DNA from: a virus
Lineage: Duplodnaviria > Heunggongvirae > Uroviricota > Caudoviricetes
Virus record (IMG/VR): IMGVR_UViG_2740892441_000001
Length of the DNA: 64,000 nucleotides
Reading direction: 5' to 3' (one strand)
Position numbers and translations under genes: made by a program. The notes under the pieces are model-generated. The model worked only from the letters and a program-made list of their open reading frames with translations. It did not search any database and was not told where the DNA came from. Below, in pieces: positions 39,153 to 50,518 of the stretch (position 1 is the first letter of the stretch; every line of letters starts with the position of its first letter).

Positions 39153-39571
39153 TTACAACTTCTTAGCGCCCTTAAGTAGTGCGCTACGTACAAATTGAGC
39201 CGCTTTTTTCAAAGTTTCTTCACTGGTTTCACAGACAACCGGATCTTTCCACTTACCTGACGCCGTGTTGAGAATGTTGATTTGGTTGCTATCCAGACAA
39301 ACAGAGACGTAAAGCACCGTGCCACCAGCCAGCATCAAATGCATAGGAAACAGAGGCTTTTTACTGCCTTCACTGAACTGAGACATGGCGATGTTAATGC
39401 TTCACCTACTTGTGCGCCAACAAGCCCTTGCGCAATTTCGAATACGGTACGAATAGCCAGACGAGCCTCTCGATCGCTCATAAGCGACCGGGAATGTTCG
39501 TCCGCTACACGAATCAAAGCCTCTGTTGTTTTCCGATCCAGTTCATCTTCAAGTAACATTTCACTAAACAT
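39153..39571 (-). CDS. Hypothetical protein; two overlapping ORFs (39335-39571 and 39153-39386), possible frameshift
   Basis: ORFs overlap in different frames; no motif recognised. Confidence 0.3.
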
Positions 39572-39632
39572 TTTTTATCCTTAACCCATTTTGAGAGTTT
39601 TATTGTCGCAATGTCGAAGAGGCGAACAATTT

Positions 39633-40277
39633 CTAATGAACGGTCACTCGGCCACAGAACCGGTTTTCTATCTTTTCTACAGCGTTATCTAGCATTCTCA
39701 TCACTGATCTGGCTCTTGCTTCAACCGTGCGATATCGGTTGGAAACGACGAAGGTTTGCAGATCCCCCCTTTGCGGATGCAGGTGAATTTTTGTCAGTTC
39801 CCCGCACATCAACGCATCAATACGAGCGACATACAGACGGTCTAATGATGCTCGTTGTGATCGCAAGTAATCTCGCTCTGAGAGAGCGACTCCCGGGCGT
39901 AAGCCAGCAATGGCGTTAAAGTTTGAAATAGCAGTTTTGTGGCAAAACTTTTCGATATCGAGGGCTAACTCAATACATCGATCTTCATTGGTATGGCCGA
40001 CCAAATCCAACGTGTAGGCCATAACATCAGCAGGTGTGCGATCGATAACAAAGCCTTCAACACCACGCGTAAGTAGCTCTATATGCTTTGCTATTTCCAT
40101 TTGAATCTGAAGCCGCTCATATAGAGGCATAGACTCACCTACTCGAACACCGAGTCGGCTCATCAAACTTCCGACACCAGCATCCACGTAAGGGATTCCG
40201 TAATGTTTGTCGATATATTTTGCCAGGGTTGTTTTCCCACTGCCCTGAGCACCAGTGATCCCAATCCGGTAATCCAT
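39633..40277 (-). CDS. P-loop NTPase, probable (deoxy)nucleotide kinase
   Basis: Walker A GITGAQGSGKTT at N-terminus; small size and position within the nucleotide-metabolism cluster. Confidence 0.55.
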   Translation of the reverse strand: MDYRIGITGAQGSGKTTLAKYIDKHYGIPYVDAGVGSLMSRLGVRVGESMPLYERLQIQMEIAKHIELLTRGVEGFVIDRTPADVMAYTLDLVGHTNEDRCIELALDIEKFCHKTAISNFNAIAGLRPGVALSERDYLRSQRASLDRLYVARIDALMCGELTKIHLHPQRGDLQTFVVSNRYRTVEARARSVMRMLDNAVEKIENRFCGRVTVH

Positions 40278-40752
40278 TACGACCTTCTGTATACGATCTG
40301 CGAAAAGCCAGGCTCTTCCTCGCTGGCTCGTTGGGTATAAGCTGTTTCAACAGGCACAAAGCCTAAGTTACGCATCATGCTTGCCGGGAAGAATGCATCG
40401 GCGTTTGGTACATCAACGCCGATGTGGGAGAGCCAAATCTCTTCAACATGCGGCATGAATAGCGAGTAAATTTGTTCCCCGCCAATCACCCACACAGGCT
40501 CTGGTAATCGCAACACATCATCCACACCAGCAGGTAGAATCCATTTGGTACAAAGCCATGAGAGCGCGTCAAAACGAGGTTATGACGCTCTGGAAGAGGG
40601 CGTTTGAGACTTTCCATCGTTTTACGCCCCATAACGACAGTGGCGTTTTTGGTGAGTCTCTTAAATAGCTTCAGATCGGTAGAACAACGCCAGGGGAGTT
40701 CATTCGCTATGCCGATCTCATAGTTACGGCCAACAGCAGCGATCATCTTCAT
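40277..40752 (-). pseudogene. Dihydrofolate reductase, interrupted by a frameshift (or sequencing error)
   Basis: N-terminal [25 protein letters not shown]...[11 protein letters not shown] and C-terminal ORF ...[10 protein letters not shown]... are DHFR halves in different frames; junction ~40525-40565. Confidence 0.75.
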
Positions 40753-41162
40753 TTGCTCACCTCATAGATGACCGGTCGATGGTGAGAGTCGGCTAAAGCG
40801 GCACGGAGTCGAGGATCGTGCACCAGCGCAGCGATAAGCAGATCGCCTTTATGCTCCGCTAATGTGCGCTTAATATGCTTCTCATAACTGGTGCCATTCG
40901 GTACGAGATGAAGCCAGTCATAATCAACGCCAAAATCTTTCAGCCATCGTTTAGTTGGCGCTTCAAGAGTTTCAGAGCGGCTACTGATAAGCACCACTTC
41001 AGCCCCTGAGCGAGCAAAACCACGCAACATACGGCTGGTGGGGAAAATGAGTTCATCACCGGCAATGAGCTGGCCTGCATCCGCGTCAGATACTGATTTA
41101 CGATGGCTGGCATTTGCCAGCACACCTTCAATTTCGCATAAGACATACATACCTCTTGCCAT
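40749..41162 (-). CDS. Hypothetical protein (possible degenerate HAD-like nucleotidase)
   Basis: Start set at [17 protein letters not shown]; weak resemblance to HAD motif I. Confidence 0.35.
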   Translation of the reverse strand: MARGMYVLCEIEGVLANASHRKSVSDADAGQLIAGDELIFPTSRMLRGFARSGAEVVLISSRSETLEAPTKRWLKDFGVDYDWLHLVPNGTSYEKHIKRTLAEHKGDLLIAALVHDPRLRAALADSHHRPVIYEVSK

Positions 41163-41163
41163 A

Positions 41164-42267
41164 TCACACCGCCACTGGAACCTTGATCCACGGTAGAGGG
41201 TCATAGCCAAGAATTAAAACCTCGTCCCATTTGAAATCATCCAACTCTGACCATTCATGAGGGAAAATAACGACCGGATCTGAATGCTCTGGAGCCTGTC
41301 GTTTCATTAGCTCACACACACCTTCCATGTGGTTGTTGTACAAATGCACGTCAAAGCCAAAATGCACAAATGCACCGGCCATGTGACCCGTAATCTTCGC
41401 GAGAAAATGAGTGAGAATGCCATAGCCAGCAATATTGAATGGCATACCAACAAAAGTGTCTACGCTACGCTGTACGAGGCAGGAGTTGAGGATGCGTTTG
41501 GGGATTCCAAGTTCATCCAGTTCAGCTTCAGTAACACTGCCGTCCATCTCCAGATCGTATAGCATCTTGGTGTAGATAGACTCGTAACCGAGGCGACTGT
41601 GTTGAAGACCAATGTCAGTTGCCATCGTTAAACGGGTTTCAAAATCCAGCTCACGACTCCACAAAGAGAAGACAAAGTGGCAAGGTGGCAGTTTCATATC
41701 CTCAAGCTCGCCTACGTTCCATGCGTTAAGCATGATGCGACGATCGGTGGGGTTCGTGCGCAGTGTATCGACAATACGCTGTAGCTGATCGATTTCACGG
41801 GACAGCACTACGCGATCTTCACTGATACCCAGGTATCCCTCGACTTTGTACCCGCGTTCACGGAAAGTATCGATCTTGCTCAGATATTCACTATGGCTCA
41901 CGATGCGGGTATCTTCCCATCGACGCCACTGCTTACCGTAAACCGGCCCCAAATCGCCATTCTCATCGGCCCATGCATCCCAAATCTTAACGCCGTTATC
42001 CTTGAGAAATTGGATGTTGCCCGTGCCTTTCAGATACCACTCAAGTTCGACAAGTAGTGGCTTAAGATTTACCGCCTTTCCAGAAATAAGCGGCACAGTC
42101 CCACCAGTAAGCATGTAGTAAGAGGGAACATAGCAGGTGCTTAAAGTACCAGTGCCTGTGCGATCATCAGCCTGCACGCCGCTTTTAAGCACCGTCTCAA
42201 TAACTTTTGCATACGATGCGTTTGTTACCTGACCGTTCGTATGCTCTCGATTCAAAAGGAGTGACAC
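41164..42267 (-). CDS. thyA: Thymidylate synthase (ThyA family, with insertions)
   Basis: DRTGTGTLS, WDAWADENGDLGPVYGKQWRRW, NAWNVGELEDMKLPPCH (catalytic Cys), GMPFNIAGY, GYDPLPWIKVPVAV parallel E. coli ThyA; 367 aa versus ~264 aa. Confidence 0.88.
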   Translation of the reverse strand: MSLLLNREHTNGQVTNASYAKVIETVLKSGVQADDRTGTGTLSTCYVPSYYMLTGGTVPLISGKAVNLKPLLVELEWYLKGTGNIQFLKDNGVKIWDAWADENGDLGPVYGKQWRRWEDTRIVSHSEYLSKIDTFRERGYKVEGYLGISEDRVVLSREIDQLQRIVDTLRTNPTDRRIMLNAWNVGELEDMKLPPCHFVFSLWSRELDFETRLTMATDIGLQHSRLGYESIYTKMLYDLEMDGSVTEAELDELGIPKRILNSCLVQRSVDTFVGMPFNIAGYGILTHFLAKITGHMAGAFVHFGFDVHLYNNHMEGVCELMKRQAPEHSDPVVIFPHEWSELDDFKWDEVLILGYDPLPWIKVPVAV

Positions 42268-42437
42268 AAAAACCTCACAAAGATAAGTAATTACTTATTC
42301 ATCGTGTGAGTTTACATTCATTGAGAGAACAAGACCAGACAGATAAAAAAATGGTGGCCATAGGCCACCAAAACGAATAGTCATTCCAGAGTTTTATTAC
42401 GCATGTTAAATATACACAGATAGATAACTACCTACAA

Positions 42438-43307
42438 TTATTTTTTGATCATTCCGTACATTGCTGAGGCTTTAGCTTGCTCAACAAAGGAGGATAAATC
42501 GACATCACTATAGGTTGGAGACTTCAGAATCTTTCCATCGGAAATTCGAAAACCGATCATCTTATCGGTGCCATCAGCATGGCGGAATCCCAGATCTGAA
42601 GAGTCGTATTTGCAGTTGGCCACAGCCTGGCGACGTTCCTCAACATCAGCAGGCCATAATTTTGTCATGTTAGACCGATGAATTTCGCCAACCAGCTCGA
42701 CGACATTGATACCGAGGAAATCAGCCAGTCGATAAGTCATCATGCACGCCACATAGATTTTGTTCATTACACGGCGCAGTTCCTGAATCAGCTCAGAATC
42801 CTTAACAGTCTTCTTCTCAAGTTTATCTGCCAGCTCTTCGAGCATACATGACGCCTCACGAGCTTCCTGAAATGGCATTGCCATATCATCGAAAACAGTG
42901 TTACCGGGCACAAAAATTGTCTGCATAAAGCGATCAATGCTCTGTTCCTGCGTGTAATAGGTCATGCCGGTAGAAATACCACCTTTGATGGAGACCATCG
43001 TACCAACACCAACGTATAAAAAGTCGGCCATTGCATCCAGCAGTTGCTCAATATCCCCATTCATTGCGGCTGGAATACCTTCCACTACAGCTTCTTCATG
43101 AATCAGGCTTGCACGGAGACGAAGCAGCTCTGGTGTCGGCATAACGCGTCTCGGATGCTGGAAGAGTTCATGAAACTGATCGACCATCTTGTAAATACTT
43201 TCAGTGGCTACACCATGGCCTTCATGCAACTCATATGGTTCTGGCTTAAATCCAATGAGTCGATCGGTGGCAAGTTTCAGGTGGTCAGTCAGTTTGGTAA
43301 AGTTCAT
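42438..43307 (-). CDS. Hypothetical protein, possibly MazG-like all-alpha nucleotide pyrophosphohydrolase
   Basis: Start set at MNFTKLTDHL; segment LIHEEAVVEGI...DIEQLLDAMADFLYV resembles the MazG/HisE EExxE motif region. Confidence 0.4.
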   Translation of the reverse strand: MNFTKLTDHLKLATDRLIGFKPEPYELHEGHGVATESIYKMVDQFHELFQHPRRVMPTPELLRLRASLIHEEAVVEGIPAAMNGDIEQLLDAMADFLYVGVGTMVSIKGGISTGMTYYTQEQSIDRFMQTIFVPGNTVFDDMAMPFQEAREASCMLEELADKLEKKTVKDSELIQELRRVMNKIYVACMMTYRLADFLGINVVELVGEIHRSNMTKLWPADVEERRQAVANCKYDSSDLGFRHADGTDKMIGFRISDGKILKSPTYSDVDLSSFVEQAKASAMYGMIKK

Positions 43308-43384
43308 GCTAGTTTTGTTCCTTCTTAATTCTTGTGATCCATTGTGGCCCAGCGTTGCCAGGCCACATAATGCTTTGTATCGGT

Positions 43385-44527
43385 TTACAGGTCTGCAAAC
43401 TGGCTTAGAGAAGCCTTGTCCACGGTAGAATCGATCTGACCTACCAGATATGTGCTTTGCTCTGCCTCTTGTGGTGCAATTTGCAGTGTGTCGGTTAACA
43501 ACCACTTGTTCATCCAGACCAGCGGATCTGTGGTAACTTCTGGAAATAAAGCCTTCAGGCCAAGACGATTCATAGCCAGATTGGTGCGGTATTTTACATA
43601 GGTCTTCAGAATATCCGCGTTTAAACCAATCATCGAACCGTCTTTGAAGAGATAGTCTGCCCAGTTCATTTCTTGTTCGGCGACTGATTTCATGGTGTCG
43701 TAAATGACGTTTTCTTCATCAGCAGCAATCTCTTTCCACAATAAACCTTCGCGACCGGTACGCATGAAGCGGATCATGCGTTCAGTTCCTTCGCAATGCA
43801 GAGCTTCATCACGGGCAATAAAGCGCATAATTTTGGTGTTACCCTCAAGCAACTTCCGTTCGCCAAAGGCAAACGTACATGCAAAACTTACATAGAAACG
43901 GATCGCCTCAAGCGCATTAATGGACACCAACGTGCGGAAAAGCTGACGGTGCAAAGGGTATGGCTCCCAGCCATATTCATTTACGTACAGACGTTCAAAC
44001 TCTTTCTCACCTAACGACTGGCGCTCGCAGGTCATCCCATAAAGCCTGTCATATTCAGCAGAGATACTGATCGCTCGGTTGATGATTTCTTCATCCGTAA
44101 CAATACCGTCAAAAACAATACTCGGATCGTCCACCATGCCACGAATAATGTGGGTGTAGCTGCGGCTATGGATAGTCTCAGAGAAAGACCACGTTTCAAC
44201 CCACGTTTCCAGTTCAGGAATAGAGATAAGCGGCAGCAGAGTTGCGTTTGGGCTACGTCCCTGAACTGAATCGAGCAACGTTTGATAACGGAGATTACTC
44301 AGGAAAATGTGGCGTTCGTGGTCCCGCAGCTTCGTATTGAAGTCGATGCGATCGCTCGAAATATCAACTTCTTCCGGCCGCCAGAAGAAAGACAATTGAC
44401 GTTCAATCAACTTTTCAAAATCACGGTATTTTTGTTGATCGTAACGAGCCACGTTGACAGATTGTCCGAGGAACATAGGCTCTTTGGTTGCATCATTAGC
44501 ACCCAAACGGAACGTTGAATATGACAT
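43385..44527 (-). CDS. nrdB: Ribonucleotide reductase class Ia beta subunit
   Basis: 380 aa closely paralleling E. coli NrdB ([43 protein letters not shown]). Confidence 0.95.
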   Translation of the reverse strand: MSYSTFRLGANDATKEPMFLGQSVNVARYDQQKYRDFEKLIERQLSFFWRPEEVDISSDRIDFNTKLRDHERHIFLSNLRYQTLLDSVQGRSPNATLLPLISIPELETWVETWSFSETIHSRSYTHIIRGMVDDPSIVFDGIVTDEEIINRAISISAEYDRLYGMTCERQSLGEKEFERLYVNEYGWEPYPLHRQLFRTLVSINALEAIRFYVSFACTFAFGERKLLEGNTKIMRFIARDEALHCEGTERMIRFMRTGREGLLWKEIAADEENVIYDTMKSVAEQEMNWADYLFKDGSMIGLNADILKTYVKYRTNLAMNRLGLKALFPEVTTDPLVWMNKWLLTDTLQIAPQEAEQSTYLVGQIDSTVDKASLSQFADL

Positions 44528-44627
44528 GTGTTTTTCCTTTTTTGATGTGTTTAAACAAGTTGTTATCTTATGTGTTTAAACAAGGCTTACAAATCAAAGA
44601 TAAGGTGGGGATATACCCCACCATATG

Positions 44628-46942
44628 TCAGATTTTGCAGGCTCCGTCGCACTCATCTTCTGGCTCGACGGCTACAGCTTGCGTAAGTGGATTCTGCGCT
44701 TCGTCGTCATCACGCTTTCCTGCACCATCTCTGGTGTTGTGGTAGTAAAGCGTTTTAACTCCCATCTTGTAGGCGAGAAGCAAATCTGACAGTAGCGTCA
44801 TCATTGGGACTTTATCGCCTTCAAAGCGAGAAGGGTCATAGTTGGTATTGGCTGAAATAGCCTGGTCAAAGAACTTCTGGATGATCGCCACCTTTGTCAG
44901 ATAGCCGCGGTTGTCCGGCATATCCCACAGGTATTCATACTGTTCCTTCAGTTTTTCAAACTCAGGCACGACCATCTTGACGATGCCGTCCTTAGAAGAT
45001 TTCACTGACACCGGGCCACGAGGCGGTTCGATGCCGTTGGTGGAATTAGTGATCTGGCTGGAAGTCTCGCATGGCATTTGTGCCGTCAGTGTGGAGTTGC
45101 GAAGGCCGTATTTTGCAATACGTTCACGCAGTTCTTCCCACGGCATCTTTAACTCAAAGTTGGTTTCGCCGCTTTCGTCTAATGAAGAACGGTAATGGTC
45201 GATCGGCAACTGACCAATTGCGTATTTGGTCTGCTCAAACCAGTCACACTCACCTTTTGCTTCAGCAAGTCGGCAGCTGGCGTCAAGAAGGTAATACTGG
45301 ATAGCTTCGAACGTTTCATGCACCAGTTTATTGCCAGCGGTATCAGAATAACGAACGCCATTCTTTGCCAGGTAATAAGCAAAGTTGGTTACACCAATTC
45401 CCAGGCTACGACGAGCTTTGGCAGGCACTTCGGCTGCCTCCATCGGATAGTCTTGATAATCCAGTAACGAATCCAGTGCAGCAACGGCATAGAACGCCAC
45501 CTCTTTAAGAGACTCCAGTGAACGGATGGCTCCGAGGTTAAAAGCGGATAAAGTGCATAGCGCGATCTCACCGTTCGGGTCGTCGGTAAATGCCAGTGGA
45601 CGGGTGGGTAGAGTGATCTCCATGCACAGGTTTGACTGGCGAACAGGTGCAAGAGCAGGAATGAAAGCGCCATGCTCGTTAATATGATCGACGTTCGCAA
45701 TATAAATTCGGCCCGTGGACGCTCGTTCCTGCATCAGAGATGAGAACAGCTCAATGGCAGGTACTGACTTCTTGCGAATTGAATCATCGGCTTCGTATTT
45801 ATGGTACAGCTTTTCAAACAGATCCTGGTCTGTGAAGAAGGCTTCGTACATATCAGGCACATCATGCGGCTGAACAGAGTGATGTTCTCGCTTCTGACGA
45901 GTCGACGGTACATTAGACGGTTACTCATGACGCCGTAATCAAGATGGCGAACGCGGTTTTCATCAATACCACGGTTATTTTTCACCACCAGCAGACTTTC
46001 AACCTCAAGATGCCAAATCGGGTAAAACGCTGTTGCTGCGCCACCACGAACACCACCTTGCGAACAAGATTTAACAGCCGTCTGGAAATGCTTCAGGAAT
46101 GGAATAACTCCGGTATGGGTGGCTTCACCATTGCGGATCTCACTGCCCAGCGCACGGATACGGCCAAAACCAATACCAATTCCAGCACGACGTGAAACGT
46201 AGTCGATAATTGCGGCTGAAGCTGCACTAATCCCTTTCAGACTATCGCCAGACTCAATCAGCACACAACTGGAGAACTGACGGGTTGGAGTACGGACGCC
46301 GGCCATGATTGGTGTGGGCAGAGACAGCTTGAACGTACTTGTAACGTCATAGAAACCTTTGACCATCTCCATACGTGTTTTGCCCGCGCAGTCGTCTTCC
46401 CAATTCTGGAACAGACACATGCCCACCAGCATATAGATATGTTGCGGGCCTTCGTGAATCTCACCAGTAACACGGTTTTGAACGAGGTATTTGCTTTGCA
46501 ACTGCACCGTAGCTGCATAGCCAAAAAGATCGTCACGTTTCGGCTTAATGTAATTGCCGAGTTCTTCGATCTCTTCAAATGAATAATGTGTCAGCAAATC
46601 CTTGTCATAAACGCCCTTGTTAACGTTCTTGACAATGTGTTGGTAGAAGTTCGGATAGTCGTAACGACCGAAGGCATCTTTGCGGATTTTAAAAATGTTC
46701 AGGCGGGCAGCCACCTGCGAGTAATTTGGTGCATCTGGTGAGATCAAATCAGCGGCAGATTTAACCAAAGCCTCATGCAACTGGCTGGTGGTAATCCCAT
46801 CAAAAATGCTGGTCGCAGCTCCCATTGCTACAGCGGATGCGCTTACACCACGAATGCCTTCTACGCCATACATTACGACGCGGTTGTATTTTTCTTCGGA
46901 TAACGGCTCTGTTTGGCCGTTACGTTTTACGATGCTTATCAT
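44628..46942 (-). pseudogene. nrdA: Ribonucleotide reductase class Ia alpha subunit, split by a frameshift near 45860-45900
   Basis: N-terminal ORF 45734-46942 and C-terminal ORF 44628-45860 (ending ...ECDGACKI) together are about the length of E. coli NrdA but in different frames. Confidence 0.88.
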
Positions 46943-47015
46943 GTATCACCAAATAAAGAGGGCCACTATATTTAGTGGCCCATGTTAATAGATAAGCACT
47001 CACCTATCAATGAGA

Positions 47016-47585
47016 TCAAATGAGAGACTTGAGAACATCGCGCACCTGGCGAAACTGATCTGTTTGCATACCGGTATGGATGGCAGCCACCGCATCAGCC
47101 AAATGTTCGTTTTTGTTCACGAGAACATCCTGTCCAGATTGCTTACGACGCAGCCACGGTGCTTTAGGGTGTTTTTTCGTAGCCCACTGGATAATCTCTT
47201 CTTTCGATGTTGTAAGTTTATTGCCGACAAAATGTTTAATTTCGTTTGGAGTAACCTGGATCAATGGCTTATCTACGCACGCAAGTACACCGATGCAAAT
47301 ACCGTAAGACGTCTGCGAACGAGAGTTTTGGCTCCCAACCGGTAGCTCACAAAAAACCATATTTGCCTTATCAATGATTGGCTTCGCAACACGCCATATT
47401 TCACTGGCACGGCGCAGATCGTCACTGTTCACACGAACGGTCTTTTTGTTACTCCCCGCTTTAGTCTCAACAAGAGTAAGGCCGTGAATCTCAAGTTCGT
47501 CCGTTTCAAGGTCTAAAGTGCCCACAGCAAGCCCAAAGTTGCTCATAGAGGGATCAACACCAACTACGCTGATTTTTTTACTCAT
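47016..47585 (-). CDS. RuvC-like Holliday junction resolvase
   Basis: 189 aa; ISVVGVDPS (Asp), FCELP (Glu), HLADAVAA motifs of the RuvC/RNase H-like fold. Confidence 0.55.
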   Translation of the reverse strand: MSKKISVVGVDPSMSNFGLAVGTLDLETDELEIHGLTLVETKAGSNKKTVRVNSDDLRRASEIWRVAKPIIDKANMVFCELPVGSQNSRSQTSYGICIGVLACVDKPLIQVTPNEIKHFVGNKLTTSKEEIIQWATKKHPKAPWLRRKQSGQDVLVNKNEHLADAVAAIHTGMQTDQFRQVRDVLKSLI

Positions 47586-47594
47586 ATAGTCTCC

Positions 47595-48337
47595 TTACCA
47601 TGTTCCCCATAGAGGGTTTTCCAATAATCTCGCCTCCAACGAATTGGCTACTATTGCCGTTTGCAACGTTGGTTGGGGATAGTTTGCAAAGTCTGAATAC
47701 TCATTTTCCTGCGTGACACGTTTATCTACGGCATGTTTAACGCCACTTGCTATGAAATGACGCATGATACCCAACAGCCTCCGACTGTCTGCACTATCGT
47801 TTGCTAAAACATGAGGGAGCTGAAGTTCGATTTCTACCATTTCTCCATACTTACCAACAAACTGTAGTTTGTCCGCACTGTACTTTTTATCCCTCCTTTG
47901 GATAAGGAAACCAGTAAAAGCATCACCTGGCGATGCCAAACTATCCACCCGCTTATTGGCAAGTCGAATAAGGTTCGTGAAAGCCATACAGTGATGCGCC
48001 CCCATTCCCCCAAAGAATCCTTCGCTATTAATGTTAAGATCTTCAGTTTCATGGGATGCAATAAACCCAGGCCCGACGTTGGGAGATATCCCCCCTCAAC
48101 AAAAGGATTAATCAGGATCGGCGCAATACATCCAGGTGGTAGTGATTTCAAACTTTGCATCAATGGTGTCTCGGATATTAGACCAAGCAACGCGGCGAAT
48201 TGTACTCCGTCAATATTGTTGCTGCCCCACAGAATACGTGGAGCCGCACCATTGGAAGTATGCCCATTGATCAGTTTTATCGACTGCATCACTGCAAATA
48301 CCTGCAAAAACTGCGAGCGGCTTAATTTAAACGACAT
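47595..48337 (-). CDS. Hypothetical protein, apparently split into two overlapping frames (47834-48337 and 47595-48005)
   Basis: Two ORFs overlap by ~170 nt in different frames between recombination genes. Confidence 0.35.
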
Positions 48338-50243
48338 AGCTGCGCCCCTCTTTAACTTCCAGCGTAATAGTTTCCCGGAACCATGACTTCATCTCTTTAT
48401 GGGAGATAATCAGCACAGTACCTCGCTCGCGAGCTTTGGACTCCAGAATACCCATGAGGCGTTCAAGACCGGCTGTATCGAGTGCATCGTCAATTTCGTC
48501 GCCGATAAACAAATCGATGTTTTTACTCGCCCGGTTACTAACCAGATCCTGCAATGCCAAAGAACACGCAATGCGAACCTTCCGCTTCTCACCACCAGAG
48601 AGGGTTTGGAACGACTTACTTGAACCTTTCTTCTGCACACTAATGTTGAATTTGTCGCGATACTCACCTTTTTTAGTGACATCCATCGTCGACCACTCAG
48701 CAGTAATGTTCCCGTCAGACAACGTATTGAGATATTCTGCTGTGCGTGTATTCAGGAAAGGCGTAACAGACGTCAAAATATGAGAACGCACCCCGGCAGG
48801 AGAGTAGACCTGACGAGCTTTTTCCAATAGCAACGTTTGTTCCTGAATAGCCTTCAACTCATCTTTTAAGGACTTGAAGGTAGACTTACTGGATACCAGG
48901 TTATCTTCGTGTCTGGCGATAAGAGCAATAAACGGATTAATCTCTTTTGATATACGATCGACCTCAGTACGAGCACGAGTCACAAGAGACTCAATAGCAA
49001 CAACCTCCTTCTCACGATGACGCAAAGATGAGAGTTGTTTCGTAAGCTCTTCAATCCGGGCAATGATAGCCGTTACATCAGGTGTCGTTTTAACAAGGGC
49101 AGACTCAATGCTTAACGCTTTCTCAAGATTCGTTTTGTGTTTAGCCATTGCCTCTGCAAGTGTCTTCGCCTGACCAATTTCCTGACGTGCTTGTTCAATG
49201 AAATTCTCCTTCACCGTTGATAGATCTTCTTCGCAGTAGGCTTTGCCACAAGTAGGGCATGGTGATCCCACTTTAGTACCAACCTCTTCTGCTTTGGTCT
49301 TAAAATTACGCGCACGGTTCATTGCATCAGCCTGACTATTTTCTGTAGCTTTGATGCTTGCCCGAATATCAGTTATCGCACCACGAACTTTGAGCAACTT
49401 GGCGTCATGTTCTTCTTTTGAGGCTAACTTTTTGCGCTCACTTTCGATTGCCTTCTCGGTATCACGTATCTGTTCGGGAAGAGTGCGGATCTCAAGTTCA
49501 ACTTCCGTTAACTCAACTTCGGCACTGGCCAGCCCAGCCAGGGCATCGTCATAACGTTTAGAACGCTCTTGCTCCCATGATTCAGAGGAGGCTTTCGCTG
49601 ACTCAATTTCTGACTGTGTTGCCTCAATGGTCGAGATTGTCGACTCCAATTTGGTTTTAACCACATCCATACGTGCGGCAGCTGCATTAGCTCGCTCACG
49701 AGCAATAGCGTAGGCGCGTGTCAGTCTGTCAACGCCAGCGGCTTCTTCTACGATGGTTTTGAGGTTTTTGTCGGACATTCCAGGTAAATCTGGCATAGCT
49801 TCTTGGCTCGCATAGATGGAAGCCATGAAAACCTCTTTAGATGCACCAATCAGGCGTTCAACGAACTCCTGCGTCAGCGTGTCCTTGCCTTTGGTCATGT
49901 CACCGTCTTCACCGCGGACGATCAGCCGGTTCTTGAACTCTTTGTGTTTACGGTGACGAATGATCGCGTATCTCTTGCCTTCATCCTCAACAGTCACCAT
50001 TACACGACAGTTTTTCTCGTAGCCTGTAGACAGCACGTCGTCACCTTTGACTCCATGCGCAGTTTCGCCATACAGACACCACATCAGGCTGTTCATCAAA
50101 GTAGATTTACCAGCGCCATTACTTGATGCGGAACTATCATCACTATTAACACCCTGAATGAGCACTAAACCACGCTGATCTAACTCGACCTCCGCGCTGG
50201 CGATAGCCATAAAATTCTCAACCTGGAGCTTTAAAAACTTCAT
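48327..50243 (-). CDS. SbcC/Rad50-like recombination ATPase
   Basis: N-terminal Walker A GVNSDDSSASSNGAGKST, long central coiled coil with CPTCGK zinc hook, C-terminal signature/Walker B (LSGGEKRKV, DLFIGDEIDD). Confidence 0.88.
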   Translation of the reverse strand: MKFLKLQVENFMAIASAEVELDQRGLVLIQGVNSDDSSASSNGAGKSTLMNSLMWCLYGETAHGVKGDDVLSTGYEKNCRVMVTVEDEGKRYAIIRHRKHKEFKNRLIVRGEDGDMTKGKDTLTQEFVERLIGASKEVFMASIYASQEAMPDLPGMSDKNLKTIVEEAAGVDRLTRAYAIARERANAAAARMDVVKTKLESTISTIEATQSEIESAKASSESWEQERSKRYDDALAGLASAEVELTEVELEIRTLPEQIRDTEKAIESERKKLASKEEHDAKLLKVRGAITDIRASIKATENSQADAMNRARNFKTKAEEVGTKVGSPCPTCGKAYCEEDLSTVKENFIEQARQEIGQAKTLAEAMAKHKTNLEKALSIESALVKTTPDVTAIIARIEELTKQLSSLRHREKEVVAIESLVTRARTEVDRISKEINPFIALIARHEDNLVSSKSTFKSLKDELKAIQEQTLLLEKARQVYSPAGVRSHILTSVTPFLNTRTAEYLNTLSDGNITAEWSTMDVTKKGEYRDKFNISVQKKGSSKSFQTLSGGEKRKVRIACSLALQDLVSNRASKNIDLFIGDEIDDALDTAGLERLMGILESKARERGTVLIISHKEMKSWFRETITLEVKEGRSYVV

Positions 50244-50518
50244 ATAACACCTCTGATATCGTGTGTTAGCTTTTGGCCTTCTTTCAATCTGAACTCCGTA
50301 TGCGCCGGGAAGGATCTGCGCCTCAATACGCCTTTTCTTGTTAACCTTCCAAGATAAAACGCTACGGGATTTCCTTGTGGCGGGTAGGGCTTGTGAAACA
50401 TCACCGTCTGGCCTCGTTCAAGTCTTTTCATCGTGATGGCAAAGTCTCGAAAGCTCCCATAACGACTTTGCTTCACACAGCCTCCGAACTCTCCGCTTCG
50501 GTGAGGATTTCCTGACAC
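50240..50518 (-). CDS. Hypothetical small protein
   Basis: 92 aa between SbcD-like and SbcC-like genes; overlaps both ends. Confidence 0.3.
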   Translation of the reverse strand: MSGNPHRSGEFGGCVKQSRYGSFRDFAITMKRLERGQTVMFHKPYPPQGNPVAFYLGRLTRKGVLRRRSFPAHTEFRLKEGQKLTHDIRGVI

